Both the position numbers and the translations under genes were made by a program. Shown here one piece after another: positions 35,031 to 36,043 of a DNA stretch of 36,043 nucleotides. The notes below the pieces were generated by a model. That model did not search any database. It was not told the DNA's origin and saw only the letters and a list, made by a program, of their open reading frames with translations. The stretch is taken from assembly GCF_006345805.1 (NCBI RefSeq), contig NW_021826234.1:1-36043 (forward strand), given 5' to 3'. How positions within the stretch are numbered: the first letter of the stretch is position 1; every line of letters begins with the position of its first letter. The stretch comes from Octopus sinensis (lineage: Eukaryota).

Positions 35031-35186
35031 GGTTACATTAAACCAGGTAGTCTTATACATCTACATAAATTTATAGTTGTTTGATGAAACAGGCCCTCCG
35101 CAGGAGCTAGGTCGCGGTGAGCGAAGCGAGCTGCCGAGCTAGTATTACATAATTGTGCCTTCAGAATTAAATCACATTATCTAGAG

Positions 35187-36043
35187 CAGTGGTTCCCAAC
35201 CTTAAGGTGCTCGCGGAACCCTTTTGGGCTAATTTATTTTTTGCGGAACCCCTCCAATTCAATTATTATAATTTCACTTAAAACATAATAGTAATAACCA
35301 AAAACAATTTTAATGTGAACATTGAGGTAATTTTTTATCATAGCATAGTTGTGTAACGTTAGGAGTTATTGTTGACAACTGTATCCTCATATCAGCGGAA
35401 GCATTAAGTTTATTTCTATATTTTGTTTTGGTGGATGTATATATTGAAAACCCAGACTCGCATAAGTAAGTCGTTGGAAAAGGTAATAGTTTACGTATAG
35501 CCTTTTCTGAGATATCTGGATATTTTGAAATGTATCCCCTCCAAAAATTAAAAAGGGATTCATTTTTATATAACTGATATGACGCTGATTCTGATGTCAA
35601 ATCAATAAGATGTTCATATTCAATTGATGTTAGATTTGCTGGTATTACTTTAACTTTGAATGGGTTTTGAACCCAATCGTCATCAAATTTACCCGAAAAA
35701 TATTTCGCAATGTTATCGTCCAAAATAATCAAATGATCTTTGATGTCCTGAAGAACTGTATTGTCCAATGATGATTTTGATTCTTCGAGAAACTCTTGTA
35801 AAACGGCAAAGCATGCAATATTATTATCTACAGATGATCGCCAAAATTCGGTTTTCCGTTTTAAGGTCATTACTTTTTTATTCAAAATAAAAACTGTCTG
35901 ATATTTTCCTTGTAGTGATAATGTAAATTTATTCAGTTTTTCATAAATTGAAACCAAATATGCAAGTCTCTGTAACCAAATATTGTTTTCCAAATTTTTG
36001 TAAATTGAAAAATTTGACCAAATATTGTTTTCCAACTAACTCA
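35187..36043 (-). mobile_element. 3' end of a hAT (Buster/ZBED5-like) element; transposase C-terminus open at 35310-36035, runs off window
   Basis: TIR CAGTGGTTCCCAACC at 35187 after target-like ATCTAGAG. WLQRLAYLVSIYEKLN, LLPFPTTYLCESGFS, KTKYRNKL, QCSH-stop. Confidence 0.88.

Larger units (their letters stand above)
33027..35142 (+). mobile_element. Non-autonomous Helitron B, same family as Helitron A
   Basis: Identical 5' terminus TCTTAATAATAAAATGGTATGGTGTGTGTCTG, hairpin plus CTAG 3' end, T|T target, no TSD. Confidence 0.9.
32838..35186 (+). pseudogene. DUF659-type (hAT-related) transposase fragment split by Helitron B (coding parts 32838-33026 and 35143-35186)
   Basis: FYLLISDAASYM..LFHVTCVAH|LLHNCAFRIKSHY. 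The frame rejoins exactly when 33027-35142 is removed. Confidence 0.8.

Overview
AT-rich eukaryotic nuclear DNA (standard genetic code), dense in nested transposons and gene fragments. The main feature the ORF track misses is tiny GT-AG introns: about 20 located by hand, nearly all 22-32 nt. Removing them gives a complete secreted LRR gene (25465-26300), a GH18 chitinase (29398-30649, damaged 3' half), an IQCC orthologue split by a Helitron (5267-7012), a DHODH fragment next to a tetraspanin fragment (7576-9062) and an axonemal dynein (DNAH1-like) fragment (14974-15600). Micro-introns, cilia-related genes and the standard code best fit a dicyemid-like animal; this is an inference. Mobile elements: a TGT..ACA TIR element with a Gypsy-type integrase and 5-bp TSD (Ginger-like) nested in a hAT element, two more Ginger-like integrase remnants, two pogo/Tigger elements plus one pogo end, several hAT pieces, two related non-autonomous Helitrons, a near-complete CRE-like RT+RLE retrotransposon with an N-terminal PHD finger, a Jockey/I-like LINE remnant and a tRNA-derived SINE. 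The most unusual observation is that some intron-containing gene fragments, introns included, are roughly 45-50% GC against a background of roughly 20-30%. One two-gene block lies between hAT transposase remains and a hAT-like terminus. All translations and alignments were done by eye. Many frameshifts are 1-bp indels in homopolymers and may be assembly errors.
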